DNA of 64,000 nt from Thermus sp. (GCF_037444525.1 NZ_JBBIMD010000002.1:117-64116), one strand, 5' to 3'; counted from the first letter of the stretch, positions 17,742 to 31,948 are shown. Numbers and translations are program-made. The notes: generated by a model not told the origin, from the letters alone.

Positions 17742-20318
17742 TTATCCCGCGTTCCTTAGGCCCGCCGCCACGCCCAGGAGGGAGAGGAGAAGGGCCCTTT
17801 TCAGGGCCTCGTCCTCCCCTCCCCCGGGAGCGCGGTAGCGGCGGAGGAGCTCCACCTGGACGATGTTGATGGGGTCCACGTAGGGGTTCCGGAGGCCGAT
17901 CTGGCGCTCCAGGGTCTTCTGGTTGTGGAGGAGGGGGGCCTGGAAGATGGCCTCGAGGAGGGCCACGGTCTTCCCGTACTCCTCGGCGATCCGGTCAAAA
18001 AGGGGCCAAAGGGCCTCGGGGACCAGCTTGAGGTAAAGCCGGGCCACCCCCAGGTCCGCCTTGGCCAGGGCCATGGCCGCGCTCTCCAGGGTGGAGGCGA
18101 AAAAGGGCCAGTCCCGGTACATCTCCTGAAGGAGGGCAAGGGGCAGGCGCTCCAGGGCGGAAAGCCCGTACCAGCCGGGCAGGAGTAGCCGCACCTGCGT
18201 CCAGGCCATGACCCAGGGGATGGCCCTGAGGTCCCGGATCTCCCGCACCCGGCCGTGGCGGTAGACGGGGCGGCTCGCGATGGGGAGCTCCCCGATCTCC
18301 CGGATGGGGGTGAGGTGCTCAAAAAAGGGAAAAAAGCCCTCAGCCTGGAGGAGGCTCCGGTAGCGCTCCACGCTTAAGGAGGCGGCCTCCTCCAGGGCCT
18401 GGCGCCAAAGGGGCTTGGGGTCCTCCCCGTCCCCTAAGGCCGCCAGGGCGAAGTGGTAGAAAAGCTGCTCCAGGTGGCGCACCGCAAGCTCCACGTGGCT
18501 GTAGCGGTCCGCCAGGGCCTCCCCTTGTTCCGTGAGGCGGAGGCGGCGGCCCACACTCCTTGGGGGCAAGGAGGCGATGGCCCGGCCCGCGGGACCCCCG
18601 CCCCTCGCGGTGGAGGTGCCCCGGCCGTGGAAGAAGTGGACCTCGAGGCCCGCCTCCCGCCCCACCGCCGCCAGGGCCTCCTGGGCCTGGTAGAGGGCCA
18701 GGTTGGCCGCCAGGAAGCCCGCGTCCTTGTTGGAGTCCGAGTAGCCGATCATCACCTCCACCCCGCCCCGCCCCCGGGCGTGGGCCAGGAAGACGGGGTT
18801 TTGGAGTAGGCGGCGGAGGACCAGGGGGGCGCGCCTTAGGTCCTCCAGGGTCTCAAAAAGGGGCACCACATCGTAGGGGAGGGGCTTCCCCGGGCGGTAG
18901 TCCCCCACCTCCCGGGCCAAGAGGAAGACCACGAGGAGGTCCCTGGGGTGGTGGGTCATGGAGACCAGGTGGGCCCCCCGGTCCTGCCAGGCCCTCAGGG
19001 CCCCCAGGGCCACCCTAAGGGCCTCCCCCTCCGGGGCCTGGCCCACGGGGAGGAGGGGGCGCGGGGTCTTGAGCTCCTCCGTGAGGAGAGCCTCCTGGGC
19101 CTCCTCGGAAAGGCTTAGGAAATCGGGGTGCACCCCCCCAAGCCGGAGGAGCTCGGCCGCGGCCTCCAAGAGCTTCCCCGACTCCTCCCGAAGGTCCAGG
19201 GGGGCAAGGGCCAGGCCGAAGGCGGAAAGGCGGTGGGAAAGGGGCTTAAGGAAAACCTGGGCCACCTCCCCCAGACCCGCCTCCTCCAAGCCCCTTTCCG
19301 CCTGGAAGAGGGCCCGGGCGAAGGCCTCCTCGGAAAGCCCTTCCCTTTCCAGTTTCCGGTAGAGCTGGGCGAAGTAGCGCCGGTAGGGCTCCCCGGGAAA
19401 CCGCTCCACCTCTTCCCCCCCTTCCCGCACCGCCCGGGGCACGGGAAGGCGGCCCTCGGAGAGGGAAAGGTCGCGCACCAGGGCCTCGAGCTCGGCCAGG
19501 TAGCGCTCCTTGGCCACCCGCCGGGCGTAGTCCGCGGCGAAGGCGGTGACCTCGGGGGTCACGAAGGGGTTCCCGTCCCGGTCCCCCCCGATCCAGCTCC
19601 GGAAACGCACGGGGCTTTTCAGGCGGTGCCTTTCCCCATAAACCCGCTCCAGGGCATCCTCGAGGCGCTCCAGGAGAAGGGGCACCGCCTGCCAGAGGAC
19701 GGTGGGCAGGTAGTAAAGCCCCCCCTTGATCTCGTCCTCCACCGAGGGCCGGGCCTTGCGCACCTCCTCCGTGGCGTAGAGGAGGGCCACCCGGGCCTTG
19801 AGCGCCCGAGGGTCCCCCCGCTCCAGCGCCTCCTGGATCCTCTCCAGGTGGTGCCTTAGGGTGCGGCGGCGGGTCTCCGTGGGGTGGGCGGTGAAGGTGA
19901 GGAGGAGCTCCAGGCGGTTCAGGTGGGCCTCCGCCTCCGCCCGGGAAAGCCCCCGGGCCTTTAGGGCCAAGGCCAGGGCCAAGGGCCCCTCGGGCCTTGG
20001 AGCCTCGAGGGTCTCGGCCTCCGCCCTAAGGCGGTTCACCCGCACCCGGTGGCGCTCCTCCGCCAGGTTCACCAGGTGGAAGTAGTGGGTGAAGGCCCGC
20101 ACCAAGGCCTCGGCCTCGGCCACGGGGAGGGCCTCCGCCTTGGCCAAAAGGGCCTCCCCCGCCCCCACGTCCCCCTGGCGGCGGGCCTTGGAGAGGAGGC
20201 GCACCTCCTCCACCAGGGCAAAAAACCGCTCCCCTGAAACCGCCCGGATGGCCTCCCCAAGGAGGCGGCCCAAGAGGTCCACCTCCTCCTTGAGGCGAAG
20301 GAAGGGGTCTTCCCTCAC
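17742..20318 (-). CDS. ppc: Phosphoenolpyruvate carboxylase
   Basis: [58 protein letters not shown]. Confidence 0.98.
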   Translation of the reverse strand: MREDPFLRLKEEVDLLGRLLGEAIRAVSGERFFALVEEVRLLSKARRQGDVGAGEALLAKAEALPVAEAEALVRAFTHYFHLVNLAEERHRVRVNRLRAEAETLEAPRPEGPLALALALKARGLSRAEAEAHLNRLELLLTFTAHPTETRRRTLRHHLERIQEALERGDPRALKARVALLYATEEVRKARPSVEDEIKGGLYYLPTVLWQAVPLLLERLEDALERVYGERHRLKSPVRFRSWIGGDRDGNPFVTPEVTAFAADYARRVAKERYLAELEALVRDLSLSEGRLPVPRAVREGGEEVERFPGEPYRRYFAQLYRKLEREGLSEEAFARALFQAERGLEEAGLGEVAQVFLKPLSHRLSAFGLALAPLDLREESGKLLEAAAELLRLGGVHPDFLSLSEEAQEALLTEELKTPRPLLPVGQAPEGEALRVALGALRAWQDRGAHLVSMTHHPRDLLVVFLLAREVGDYRPGKPLPYDVVPLFETLEDLRRAPLVLRRLLQNPVFLAHARGRGGVEVMIGYSDSNKDAGFLAANLALYQAQEALAAVGREAGLEVHFFHGRGTSTARGGGPAGRAIASLPPRSVGRRLRLTEQGEALADRYSHVELAVRHLEQLFYHFALAALGDGEDPKPLWRQALEEAASLSVERYRSLLQAEGFFPFFEHLTPIREIGELPIASRPVYRHGRVREIRDLRAIPWVMAWTQVRLLLPGWYGLSALERLPLALLQEMYRDWPFFASTLESAAMALAKADLGVARLYLKLVPEALWPLFDRIAEEYGKTVALLEAIFQAPLLHNQKTLERQIGLRNPYVDPINIVQVELLRRYRAPGGGEDEALKRALLLSLLGVAAGLRNAG

Positions 20319-21073
20319 GGCTCCTCCCAGACATAGGGGCTGATGGCAAGGGGCCGCCCCCCCGCAAACTCCAGCTCGGTGGCGTGGAAGCGGGCCTTGC
20401 CCTCCGCGGGGCGGAAGGGCTGGGGGCGGCCGGTGAGGAAGCGGGCGAGGAAGGTCCCCACCTCCCCCCCGATGATGGAGGCGTAGGTGCCGGTCATGCC
20501 CACGTCCGTCTGGTAAAGCGTGCCCTTGGGGAGGACCCCCGCGTCCAGGGTGGGGATGTGGGTGTGGGTGCCGAGGACCGCGGAGACCCGGCCGTCCAGG
20601 TAGTGGGCCAGGGCCATCTTCTCGCTGGTGGCCTCCGCGTGGACCTCCACCAGGACGTAGTCCGCCTTCTCCTCGGATAGGAGGCGGTCCAGGGCGCGAA
20701 AGGGGTCATCCAGGGGGTCCATGAAGACCCGGCCCATGACCTGGACGAAGAGGAGGGTCTCGCCCCCCGCCTCGAGGCGCCACCACCCCCGCCCCGGGGT
20801 GCCCGGGGGGTAGTTTAGGGCCCGCACCACGGGCTCCTTTTCCAGAAGCTCGTAGACCTCCTTGTGGTCCCAGGCGTGGTTGCCCAAGGAGATGAGGTCC
20901 ACCCCCGCCTCCCTCAAAAGGCGGTAAGCCCGCTTGTCCAGGCCCTTTCCCCGGGCCGCGTTCTCCCCGTTGGCGATGACCAGGTCGTAATGGGCCCGGA
21001 TGTCCGGCAGGTGGAGGGCCACGGCCCTGAGGCCGGGCTCGGCCATCACGTCGCCGATGAAGAGAACGCGCAT
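20315..21073 (-). CDS. YmdB-family metallophosphoesterase
   Basis: [36 protein letters not shown]. Confidence 0.93.
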   Translation of the reverse strand: MRVLFIGDVMAEPGLRAVALHLPDIRAHYDLVIANGENAARGKGLDKRAYRLLREAGVDLISLGNHAWDHKEVYELLEKEPVVRALNYPPGTPGRGWWRLEAGGETLLFVQVMGRVFMDPLDDPFRALDRLLSEEKADYVLVEVHAEATSEKMALAHYLDGRVSAVLGTHTHIPTLDAGVLPKGTLYQTDVGMTGTYASIIGGEVGTFLARFLTGRPQPFRPAEGKARFHATELEFAGGRPLAISPYVWEEP

Positions 21074-21110
21074 GGGGGCATTATACGCACCCCATGCGGG
21101 CGCTGGCCGG

Positions 21111-21623
21111 TTAACCCACCTTGATGTAGGCGTACCCCTTACTCTGAAGCTCCCCCAAGGCCCCCACCCCCGAGGGCACCCACTTGATGAAGTCGTCGGG
21201 GCGGAGCTTATCCTTGGGGATGTTGTTCCGGGCAAAGGTAATCTCGCAGATGTAGAACCCCACCCCCAGCTGGGCCAGCTGGCGGATACGGCTGAAAAGG
21301 GCTTCCCGGTCGTACTGGATGCTGGCCCAAGGGGTGCCCTCCAAATCCTTCAAAAAGGGGTGTACCCCGGCCCCATGGGCCACCACCACGATGTGGATCT
21401 TGAAGGGATCGTTGTCATAAACGGAAAGGTGGTTGGCGATGTTGGTGAGCATCTGGCCAAAGCGGGCAGGGTCCCCAAAGTCCGCGTGGTAGACCACGGC
21501 CACCGGGGTTTCCTTCTTGAACTGGGCGTACTCCACCCGCTCGTTGGCCTGGGCCCTCAGCAACGAAGAAGCCCCCAAAAGCGCCGAAACACGAAGAAGC
21601 CACCTGCGGCTGATCTCCTTCAT
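21111..21623 (-). CDS. DsrE/DsrF-like protein with twin-arginine-type signal peptide
   Basis: N-terminal SRRWLL; IVVVAHGAG and FYICEIT, C-terminal GYAYIK typical of periplasmic DsrE-like proteins. Confidence 0.7.
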   Translation of the reverse strand: MKEISRRWLLRVSALLGASSLLRAQANERVEYAQFKKETPVAVVYHADFGDPARFGQMLTNIANHLSVYDNDPFKIHIVVVAHGAGVHPFLKDLEGTPWASIQYDREALFSRIRQLAQLGVGFYICEITFARNNIPKDKLRPDDFIKWVPSGVGALGELQSKGYAYIKVG

Positions 21624-21707
21624 TTTTCCCCTCGGGTGCTAAGGGTATACCAAGGGAGGCCCAAAGCGCAAGGGGCAGGCCGAAGCCTGCCCCAAACCCC
21701 TTGAAGC

Positions 21708-21947
21708 CTACTGGGCCGAGGAGGAGCGCCGCTGGAGGAAGTAGACCACCCCGTAGCCAATGGCGGCGATGATGAGGATGGGCACCACGTAGGTCAGGAG
21801 GGTCCAGATGAAGCCGGAAAGGGCTAGAAGGAGCTTCCCCAAGAAGGTGAAGACCCAGCCCCCCACCCAGAGGAAAAGGAGGACCCCTACCACCACCAAA
21901 AGGCCGAGGACCACCCACTCCAGGATGTCGCGCAAGGTGCGTTCCAT
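21708..21947 (-). CDS. Small membrane protein of unknown function
   Basis: Two hydrophobic segments; Thermus-like codon usage; probable start MERTLRD. Confidence 0.65.
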   Translation of the reverse strand: MERTLRDILEWVVLGLLVVVGVLLFLWVGGWVFTFLGKLLLALSGFIWTLLTYVVPILIIAAIGYGVVYFLQRRSSSAQ

Positions 21948-21970
21948 GAGGAAAGGATACACTAAAACCG

Positions 21971-22645
21971 GTGGACCGGCGGCAACCTTACCGGACGGAG
22001 GAGGGCATCGTGGTGGGGCGGAAGGCCCTCCCCCAGGGCGACCTTCTCCTCAGGTTTGTGACACCGGGGGGGAGCCTCGAGGCCCTGGCCCGCAAAGGGA
22101 GCCGCCCCACCGGGCGCTCGGGACGGCTTTCCCTCTTCCACCACGTGCGCTTCCAGCTCTACGCCAAAGGGGAGGCCCTACCCCTCCTCACCCAAGTGGA
22201 GCTTTTGGGCAAGCTCTACGGCCTGGAAGAACCCCGGCGCTTCCTCCTTGCGGGCTTCCTCTCCGAGCTCGCCTACCGCCTGGCCTCCCCCGAGGCGGCG
22301 GGGCGGGTGTGGCCGGTCTTCGTCTCGGGGCTTAGGGGCATCGCCAAGCACGAAGACCCCCTCCTCCCCCTGGTCTGGGCGGGCTGGCGGGTGGTGAAGG
22401 CGGGGGGGCTCGCCCCCGACCTCCGGGGCGAAGGGGAGCGCCTGAAGGAAGGGCGCTTGGGAAAGGAAGGGGTCTATCTGGGCCCCAAAGGGGTGGAGGC
22501 CCTGTGGGCCATCCTCCACCTGCCGGGGGGGGAGGCCCTGGGCCACCTGGAGGAGGCCCCCCTGGACCGGCTCTTCCTGGCCCTCAAGGCCCACACCGAG
22601 GAGGCCCTTGGTCCCTTGCAGGCAGGGGTCCTCCTCAAGGGGTGA
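21971..22645 (+). CDS. recO: DNA repair protein RecO
   Basis: EGIVVGRKALPQGDLLLRFVTPGG OB fold, GRLSLFHHVRFQLY; short helical C-terminus. Confidence 0.88.
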   Translation: MDRRQPYRTEEGIVVGRKALPQGDLLLRFVTPGGSLEALARKGSRPTGRSGRLSLFHHVRFQLYAKGEALPLLTQVELLGKLYGLEEPRRFLLAGFLSELAYRLASPEAAGRVWPVFVSGLRGIAKHEDPLLPLVWAGWRVVKAGGLAPDLRGEGERLKEGRLGKEGVYLGPKGVEALWAILHLPGGEALGHLEEAPLDRLFLALKAHTEEALGPLQAGVLLKG

Positions 22646-22678
22646 GGACCCCAGGCGGGGCACCCCCCACTCAAGGGC

Positions 22679-23116
22679 CTAGGTGGAAAGGACCCGCTCC
22701 TCTAGGCCCTTTAGGAGGCTTTCCACGTTCTCCTGCATAAGCTTCTGCACCAGCTTCTGCAGGAGGCCCCCAAAGATGGGGATGGTGAGCTCGTAGGTGA
22801 GGGTGAGGACCACCCGCGTCCCCTCCCCTTCCGGGAAGAAGGCCCAGGTGCCCTCGTAACGGTCAAAGTCCCCCTCGGGCGACCAAAAACGGTTCTTTAG
22901 CCCCGCGTCGTCCCACTCCTCCTCCTCCAACCAGCGCACCTTCTTGCCCATAGCCACCGCCACCCACTCGCTTTTGGTGCGGTGGCCCTCCTGGGCCAGG
23001 ACCTTCAGGGTTTCCACCTCCTTGAGGTAGGGCTTCAGCCCCTCCAGGTCCTTGGCCAGGGCGTAGACCTTTTCCGGAGGAGCGGGGATGAAGCGTTCGG
23101 CGCGCACCTCGGGCAT
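22679..23116 (-). CDS. SRPBCC/polyketide cyclase-like protein
   Basis: APPEKVYALAKD, YEGTWAFFP, START-like fold pattern. Confidence 0.85.
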   Translation of the reverse strand: MPEVRAERFIPAPPEKVYALAKDLEGLKPYLKEVETLKVLAQEGHRTKSEWVAVAMGKKVRWLEEEEWDDAGLKNRFWSPEGDFDRYEGTWAFFPEGEGTRVVLTLTYELTIPIFGGLLQKLVQKLMQENVESLLKGLEERVLST

Positions 23117-23125
23117 GGGCTCTTT

Positions 23126-23551
23126 TTACCCCTTTTCCTCCTCCAGGGCAAGCCGGTAGGCCTCGAGGGCCACCCCCAAGGGGAAGCCCCGCCCCTGGAG
23201 GAAGCGCACCGCCTTGGCCTTATCTCGCCGGTGAGGGTAGCGGCGGAGGACCCTTAGGGCATCCTCCACCGAGGCCTCCCCCACCGCTTCCTCGGCCACC
23301 TCCTCGGGGACGCCCCGGGCCCGGAGGAGGGCTTTGAGCTTGAGGGGCCCGTACTTGCGGTGGGTTTCCACAAACGAGCGGGCGAAGGCCTGGTCATCCA
23401 GGTAGCCCATGGCCTTAAGCCGTTCCAAAACCCTCTCCACCGCCTCCTCGGGAAAGCGGGCGGCGAGCTTCTCCCTAAGGCGCCTTTCGCTTTGGGCACG
23501 GGCCCCAAGGAGCCTTAGGGCGTAGGCCATGGCCTCCTCGTAGGCCCCCAT
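23126..23551 (-). CDS. recX: Regulatory protein RecX
   Basis: ALRLLGARAQSERRLREKL, GYLDDQAFA, YGPLKL, FLQGRGF. Confidence 0.92.
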   Translation of the reverse strand: MGAYEEAMAYALRLLGARAQSERRLREKLAARFPEEAVERVLERLKAMGYLDDQAFARSFVETHRKYGPLKLKALLRARGVPEEVAEEAVGEASVEDALRVLRRYPHRRDKAKAVRFLQGRGFPLGVALEAYRLALEEEKG

Positions 23552-23558
23552 CCCCCTT

Positions 23559-23568
23559 AGGGTAACCT
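23559..23568. promoter_or_regulatory. Overlapping divergent -10 elements (recX and metallophosphoesterase)
   Basis: TACCCT (-, 23559-23564) is 7 nt from ATG 23551; TAACCT (+, 23563-23568) is 7 nt from ATG 23576. Confidence 0.55.
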
Positions 23569-23575
23569 AAGGCCC

Positions 23576-24262
23576 ATGCGGGTCTTCGCCATCGCCGACC
23601 CCCACCTCTCCCGGGTTCACCCCAAGCCCATGACCATCTTTGGGCCGGCCTGGGCGGGGCACCCCGAGGCCTTCTTCCGGGGCTGGCGGCGGGTGGTGGG
23701 CCCAGAAGACCTGGTCCTGGTGCCGGGGGATATCTCCTGGGCCATGCGCCTTGGGGAGGCCCTGCCCGACCTCTTGGACCTCGCGGCCCTCCCCGGGAAA
23801 AAGGTGCTCCTCAAGGGCAACCACGACTACTGGTGGCCCTCCATCAGCCGCCTCAGGGCCGTCCTCCCCCCGGGGATGTACGCCCTCCAGAACGACGCCC
23901 TGGTGCTGGAAGGGGTGGCGGTGGCGGGCACCCGGGGTTGGCAGTACCCCCCGGAGACGGAGGAGGACGCCCGCATCCTCGCCCGGGAGGTGGAAAGGCT
24001 TAAGCTCTCCCTGAAGGCCCTTAAGGGGCAGAACTACGGGAAGCTGGTGGTGGCCTTCCACTTCCCCCCCTTTGGACCCCGGGGAGAGGCCTCGCCCCTT
24101 TTGGGGCTCGCGGAAGAGGCCAGCCCCCAAGCCATCGTCTACGGCCACCTCCACGGGGTGGACCCCGAGAGGCTTCCCCAGGCCTACCGGGGCATCCCCC
24201 TCCACCTGGTGGCCGCGGACGCCTTGGGCTTCCAACCCAAGCTTATCCTGGAAGACGCATAA
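23576..24262 (+). CDS. Calcineurin-like metallophosphoesterase
   Basis: IADPH, VPGDIS, KGNHD, HFPP, YGHLH. Confidence 0.92.
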   Translation: MRVFAIADPHLSRVHPKPMTIFGPAWAGHPEAFFRGWRRVVGPEDLVLVPGDISWAMRLGEALPDLLDLAALPGKKVLLKGNHDYWWPSISRLRAVLPPGMYALQNDALVLEGVAVAGTRGWQYPPETEEDARILAREVERLKLSLKALKGQNYGKLVVAFHFPPFGPRGEASPLLGLAEEASPQAIVYGHLHGVDPERLPQAYRGIPLHLVAADALGFQPKLILEDA

Positions 24263-24269
24263 TAGAGGC

Positions 24270-24548
24270 GTGGTCACGGCCTTCGTGCTCATCCGGGCTA
24301 AGGGCCAAAGGATCGGGGCCCTGGGGGAGGCCATCGCGGAGATCCCCCAGGTGGCCGAGGTCTACTCCGTCACCGGGCCCTACGACCTCATCGCCCTTCT
24401 AAGGCTTAAGGACCTCGAGGAGCTGGACCAGGTGGTAACCCAAGGCATCCTAGCCCTGGACGGGGTGGAGCGCACGGAAACCCTCCTGGGCTTCCGGGCC
24501 TACCCCAGTAGGCTTCTGGACCAGGGCTTCGCCTTGGGGGAAGGTTGA
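24270..24548 (+). CDS. Lrp/AsnC ligand-binding-domain protein (no HTH)
   Basis: EVYSVTGPYDLIA...GVERTET; GTG start at 24270. Confidence 0.85.
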   Translation: MVTAFVLIRAKGQRIGALGEAIAEIPQVAEVYSVTGPYDLIALLRLKDLEELDQVVTQGILALDGVERTETLLGFRAYPSRLLDQGFALGEG

Positions 24549-25096
24549 AGGACCCCCTGGCCTTCCTCCTCCTCCTCCAGGTGGGGCTCCTCCTCCTAGG
24601 GGGAGGTGGGATGCTCCTTTTGGGCTTTCCCTTAGGGCCCAAGGGCCCTTGGCTGGATCTGGGGGTTGCGGGCGGGCTTTTCCTCCTCCTCTTCGGCCTG
24701 GAGGCCCTATTTAGCCGCCTCTTCCCCGCTTCCTTCAAGGAGGCGGAGGCCCTCCACCGGGAACTGGGGCGCGCCCTAAGGCGGGGGGGGCTGGGACCTA
24801 CGGCCCTCCTCTTCCTGGCCCTCCTTTCCGCCTTAGGGGAGGAGGTCTTCTTCCGGGGCTTCCTGCAAAGCCTCCTCGCGGGGTGGGTGGGGGGGTGGGG
24901 GGTTCTCCTGCAGGCCCTTCTCTTTGCCCTCTTCCACCCCGCCCCCCGGGCGGCCTGGGCCTACCCCCTTTACACAGGGGTAGCCGGCCTCCTCTTCGGC
25001 CTGGCCTACGCCCTTTCGGGAAGCCTCCTTCCCGGGGTCCTGGCCCACTTTCTCCATAACGCCCGCGGCTTCTACGAGATGGCGCGCGCCCCGTAG
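24545..25096 (+). CDS. CPBP/Abi-family intramembrane glutamic endopeptidase
   Basis: GEEVFFRG, FALFH, AHFLHN motifs within transmembrane helices. Confidence 0.9.
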   Translation: MKDPLAFLLLLQVGLLLLGGGGMLLLGFPLGPKGPWLDLGVAGGLFLLLFGLEALFSRLFPASFKEAEALHRELGRALRRGGLGPTALLFLALLSALGEEVFFRGFLQSLLAGWVGGWGVLLQALLFALFHPAPRAAWAYPLYTGVAGLLFGLAYALSGSLLPGVLAHFLHNARGFYEMARAP

Positions 25097-25127
25097 CGCC
25101 CCAGGGCACATTCCCCCAAGCCCTTCC

Positions 25128-25136
25128 TGCTACAAT
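25128..25136 (+). promoter_or_regulatory. Extended -10 promoter of the prkA operon
   Basis: TGcTACAAT about 45 nt upstream of the prkA start. Confidence 0.55.
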
Positions 25137-25180
25137 AGGGAGCGAGGCTATCCCCAAAGGCCTATGGAGGAGGGCTATCC

Positions 25181-28368
<3,188 letters not shown>

Positions 28369-28372
<4 letters not shown>

Positions 28373-29430
28373 GGCCCATTGAGCGCGACCTGGAGCGCTT
28401 CAAGGAGATCGTCCGCGGGGAGGTGAAGAAGCGGGCGCGGGAGTTCCTCACCCGGGAGGAGCTTTTCGGCGAGGTGGAGGGGCGGATCGTCTCCATCCCC
28501 CTTCCCCAACTGGAGCTCCCCAAGATCGTCTACCGGGACCCCTTGGGGGAAGGCCTCTTGGGGGGTGGCCCGGGGGAGGAGGCCCTGGGCCCCGGGGGAC
28601 ACATCCCCGTGGCCGAGCTGGAGCTCGAGGAGTTCTTGGACCTCATGGGGGAGGCCCTAAGGCTCCCCAGGCTCAAGCCCAAGGGGGAGGGGGAGGTGAC
28701 GGAGGAGGCCTTCCGCTACACCACCCTCGCCCGAAAAGGGCCTAGGGGGCTTCGCCACGTGCGCCGCACCCTCAAGGAGGCCCTGAAGCGCACCCTCATG
28801 AGCGGAAGCTACGCCCCGGAAAACCCCGGGCTCAGCCTCGAGCCCGAGGACTTCCGCTACCGGGCCCCCAAAAACCGGCCCAGACCCCACGCCCAGGCGG
28901 TGGTCCTCTTCGCCCTGGACGTCTCGGGGAGCATGCGGGAGGAGGAGCTTAGGCTCGTCAAGACCCTCTCCTTCTGGATCACCCTCTGGATCCGCCGCCA
29001 CTTCCCCAGGCTGGAAAGGCGCTACCTCCTCCACGACGCGGAGGCCTGGGAGGTCTCGGAGGAGGAGTTCTTCCGCGCCCGGGAGGGCGGGGGGACGAGG
29101 CTTTCCAGCGCCCTCCTCCTGGCGGAGGAGATCCTCGAGGCCTACCCCGAGGCCTTTTACAACCGCTACCTCTACCACTTCTCCGACGGGGAGAACTGGC
29201 ACGGGGACACCCCCAAGGCCCTGGAGGTCCTAAGGGGCCTCCTTCCCTCCCTGGCCCTTTACGGCTTTGCCCAGGTGGAGGGCCCCTACGGGCAGGGCCA
29301 CTTCCTGGAGGAGGTCCGCGACAGCCTGGGGGACCGGGAGGAGGTGGCCTTGGCGGAGGTGCGGGGCCGGGAGGACCTGCCCCGGGCCCTTCGGCTTCTT
29401 TTGGGAGGCAAGGGTGAGGGCCGAGCTTAG
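28369..29430 (+). CDS. YeaH/YhbH (DUF444) vWA-like protein
   Basis: RDLERFKEIVRG, ALDVSGSM MIDAS, GGTRLSSA, YHFSDGEN; follows prkA. Confidence 0.9.
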
Positions 29431-30784
29431 GGTGTGGGCGGAAGCGCTGAGGGCACGGGCGGAGGCCGAGGGGCTCTCCTTCCCCCCGGTGCTCTTCCAG
29501 GAGGTGGAGCCGGAAGAGATGGCCATGCTGGCCGCCTATGGGGGCTTCCCCCGCCGCTACCCCCACTGGCGCTTTGGGAGCGAGTACTTAAGGCAGCGGG
29601 AGGTCTACCGCTATGGGCTTGGCCGCATCTACGAGCTCGTGGTGAACACCGTCCCCGTCCAGGCTTACCTCCTCAAGGGGAACACCCCCCTGGCCCAGAA
29701 GCTGGTGATGGCCCACGTCTACGCCCACGCCGACTTCTTCCAGAACAACCTGGCCTTCCGCCCCACCCCCAAGGACATGCTGGACGAGATGGCCCACCAC
29801 GCGGCCTACGTGGAACGGACCATGGAGCGGCACGGGGCGCGGAGCGTGGAGGAGTTCTTGGACATGGCCCTCTCCCTGGAGAACCTCATAGACCCCCACG
29901 CCCCCTACATCCGAAGGCCCGAAGAGCCCGAGGAGGCGCCGGAGCCGGCCCGCCTGCGGGTGCGCCCCTACCTGGAGCCCTACGTGAACCCGCCCCCAAC
30001 CCCCCCCAAGGAGGCGGAGGAGGGGGCCAGCCCCAAACCCCTTCCCCCCAGGCCCACCCGGGACCTCCTGGGCTTTTTGGCCCAGCACGCCCCCCTGGCC
30101 CCTTGGCAGAAGGGAATCCTGGAGATCATCCGCGAGGAAAGCCTCTACTTCGCCCCCCAAGGGGCCACCAAGATCCTGAACGAGGGCTGGGCCACCTACT
30201 GGCACACCCGGCTCCTCCTCCCCCTCCTCACCCCCGAGGAGGCGGTGGAGTTCGCCGAGCTCCAAGCGGGGCTTCTTGCGGCCCGGGGGTTCAACCCCTA
30301 CCGCCTGGGCTACCTCCTCCTCAAGGAGGTGGAGGAGCGCTGGGACAAGGGCCGCTTCGGCCCGGAGTACGAGGCCCTGCCCCTAGGGGAGAGGCTCCGC
30401 TACGAGAGGCCGGTGGGGGAGGGGCGCAAGAAGCTTTTCCAGGTGCGCACGGTCTACACCGACCTCCCCTTCCTAGAAGAGTTCCTCACCCCGGAGTTCG
30501 CCTTAAGGCACCGCCTCCTCTCCCCGGAGGATCTCCCCCGTTTTGAGGAGGCCAAGCGGGCCCTCCTCTTCCGCCTCACCAACCTGGGCTACCCGGTGGT
30601 CCAGCTTCTGGATGCCAACCACGGCAACCGGGGGGAACTCCTCTTGGAACACCTCTACGAGGGGGTGGAGCTAGACCTGAAAAAGGCCCAGGCGGTGCTG
30701 GAGAACCTGCACCGCCTCTGGGGCCGGCCCGTGCGCCTGAAGACGGTGGTGGGCGGGAAGGAGGCCTGGCTTAAGGCGGGCTGA
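29414..30784 (+). CDS. SpoVR/YcgB family protein
   Basis: RYPHWRFG, IYELVVN, AHVYAHADFF, TKILNEGWATYWH, NPYRLG; GTG start at 29414. Confidence 0.92.
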   Translation: MRAELRVWAEALRARAEAEGLSFPPVLFQEVEPEEMAMLAAYGGFPRRYPHWRFGSEYLRQREVYRYGLGRIYELVVNTVPVQAYLLKGNTPLAQKLVMAHVYAHADFFQNNLAFRPTPKDMLDEMAHHAAYVERTMERHGARSVEEFLDMALSLENLIDPHAPYIRRPEEPEEAPEPARLRVRPYLEPYVNPPPTPPKEAEEGASPKPLPPRPTRDLLGFLAQHAPLAPWQKGILEIIREESLYFAPQGATKILNEGWATYWHTRLLLPLLTPEEAVEFAELQAGLLAARGFNPYRLGYLLLKEVEERWDKGRFGPEYEALPLGERLRYERPVGEGRKKLFQVRTVYTDLPFLEEFLTPEFALRHRLLSPEDLPRFEEAKRALLFRLTNLGYPVVQLLDANHGNRGELLLEHLYEGVELDLKKAQAVLENLHRLWGRPVRLKTVVGGKEAWLKAG

Positions 30785-31574
30785 TGGCCCTGAGGTACCC
30801 CCTGAGGAGGGCCTCGGAGAGCTCCCCCATGTGCCGGGCCACGAGCCGGCCCTCCCGGTCAAAGAAGAAGGTGGTGGGGAGGCCTTGGATCTTCAGGGCC
30901 TCGGAAAGCCGGGTCTCGGGGTCCAGGAGGAACCAGTCCCCCGCAAGCTTCTCCCTTTCCAAAAAGGCCCGCACCACCGCAGGGCCCTCCCCCTGGCTCA
31001 CGAAGGCGAAGCGCACCCCCGGGGTCTCCTCCGCCACCTCGAGCATCATGGGGAGCTCCCGGCGGCAGGGAGGGCACCAGCTGGCCCAGGCGTTCAGGAC
31101 CAGGGGCCTGCCCCGGAAGTCCTGGAGGTTCACCGGGGTCCCCCCTAAGGAGGTGAGGGTGAGGGGGGGAAGGGTCTCGGAAGAGGCGCGCCTTCCCGGG
31201 CTTAGGGCGAAAACCAAAAGGAAGACCACCCCGCCCGCCAACGCCGCGAAGAGGGCGGGGCGCAAGAGGCCTTTGGGTAGGGTCATGAGCGTGTACCCTC
31301 CTCCCACCAAAATACCCCACCAGGGGTCAAACCCCCCCTGCCAGACGTAAAGGACGGAGAGGGGGTCTTTGGCATAGACCGAAGCGTTCGCCAGCACGAA
31401 GCCCAGCCGGGCCCCCACCAGGCCCCAAAAGACCGCGCCCGAGGCCCAGGCGTTCAGCCTGGGGTCCACCCGCCGGGCCAGGACCCCCGCGGCCAGCAGG
31501 AAGGCAAGGAGCCCCAGGGCCACCTGGACCCGGGTCCAGGGTAGGGCCAAGGGGCCGAGGGTGAGGGCGTCCAT
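30771..31574 (-). CDS. TlpA-family thiol:disulfide oxidoreductase with N-terminal Lgt-like membrane segment
   Basis: GARLGFV...YVWQGGF N-terminus; NAWASWCPPCRRELP; GLPTTFF. Confidence 0.88.
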   Translation of the reverse strand: MDALTLGPLALPWTRVQVALGLLAFLLAAGVLARRVDPRLNAWASGAVFWGLVGARLGFVLANASVYAKDPLSVLYVWQGGFDPWWGILVGGGYTLMTLPKGLLRPALFAALAGGVVFLLVFALSPGRRASSETLPPLTLTSLGGTPVNLQDFRGRPLVLNAWASWCPPCRRELPMMLEVAEETPGVRFAFVSQGEGPAVVRAFLEREKLAGDWFLLDPETRLSEALKIQGLPTTFFFDREGRLVARHMGELSEALLRGYLRAISPP

Positions 31575-31948
31575 CAGCGGACCAAGGGGTAGCCCGCCCG
31601 CTCTATGGCCAGGATACCCCCCTCGAGGTTGTAGAGGTTCCGGTACCCCTGCCGGGCCAGGTGCTCCGCCGCCTGGCGGCTACGGTTGCCGCTACGGCAG
31701 TAGAGGTAGACGGGCCGGTCCTTGGGGAGGTCCTTGGCCCAACGGCTCACCTCCTCCACAGGGAGGTTGACCGCCCCCGGCACATGACCCTGGGCGAACT
31801 CCATGGGCGTGCGCACGTCCACGATTAAAGCCCCCTGGGCCGCCGCCTGGTAGAAGGCCTCGGGGCCCACGTTTTGGTAGCTCCCCTTGGGGCCACAGGC
31901 GGCTAGGAGGGAGAGGGCCAGAAGGCCCAGGAGGGCGCGGCGGCTCAA
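31574..31948 (-). CDS. Rhodanese-domain lipoprotein
   Basis: TTG start, SRR...LAAC lipobox; DVRTPMEFAQGHVPGA, YCRSGNRS. Confidence 0.88.
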   Translation of the reverse strand: MSRRALLGLLALSLLAACGPKGSYQNVGPEAFYQAAAQGALIVDVRTPMEFAQGHVPGAVNLPVEEVSRWAKDLPKDRPVYLYCRSGNRSRQAAEHLARQGYRNLYNLEGGILAIERAGYPLVR

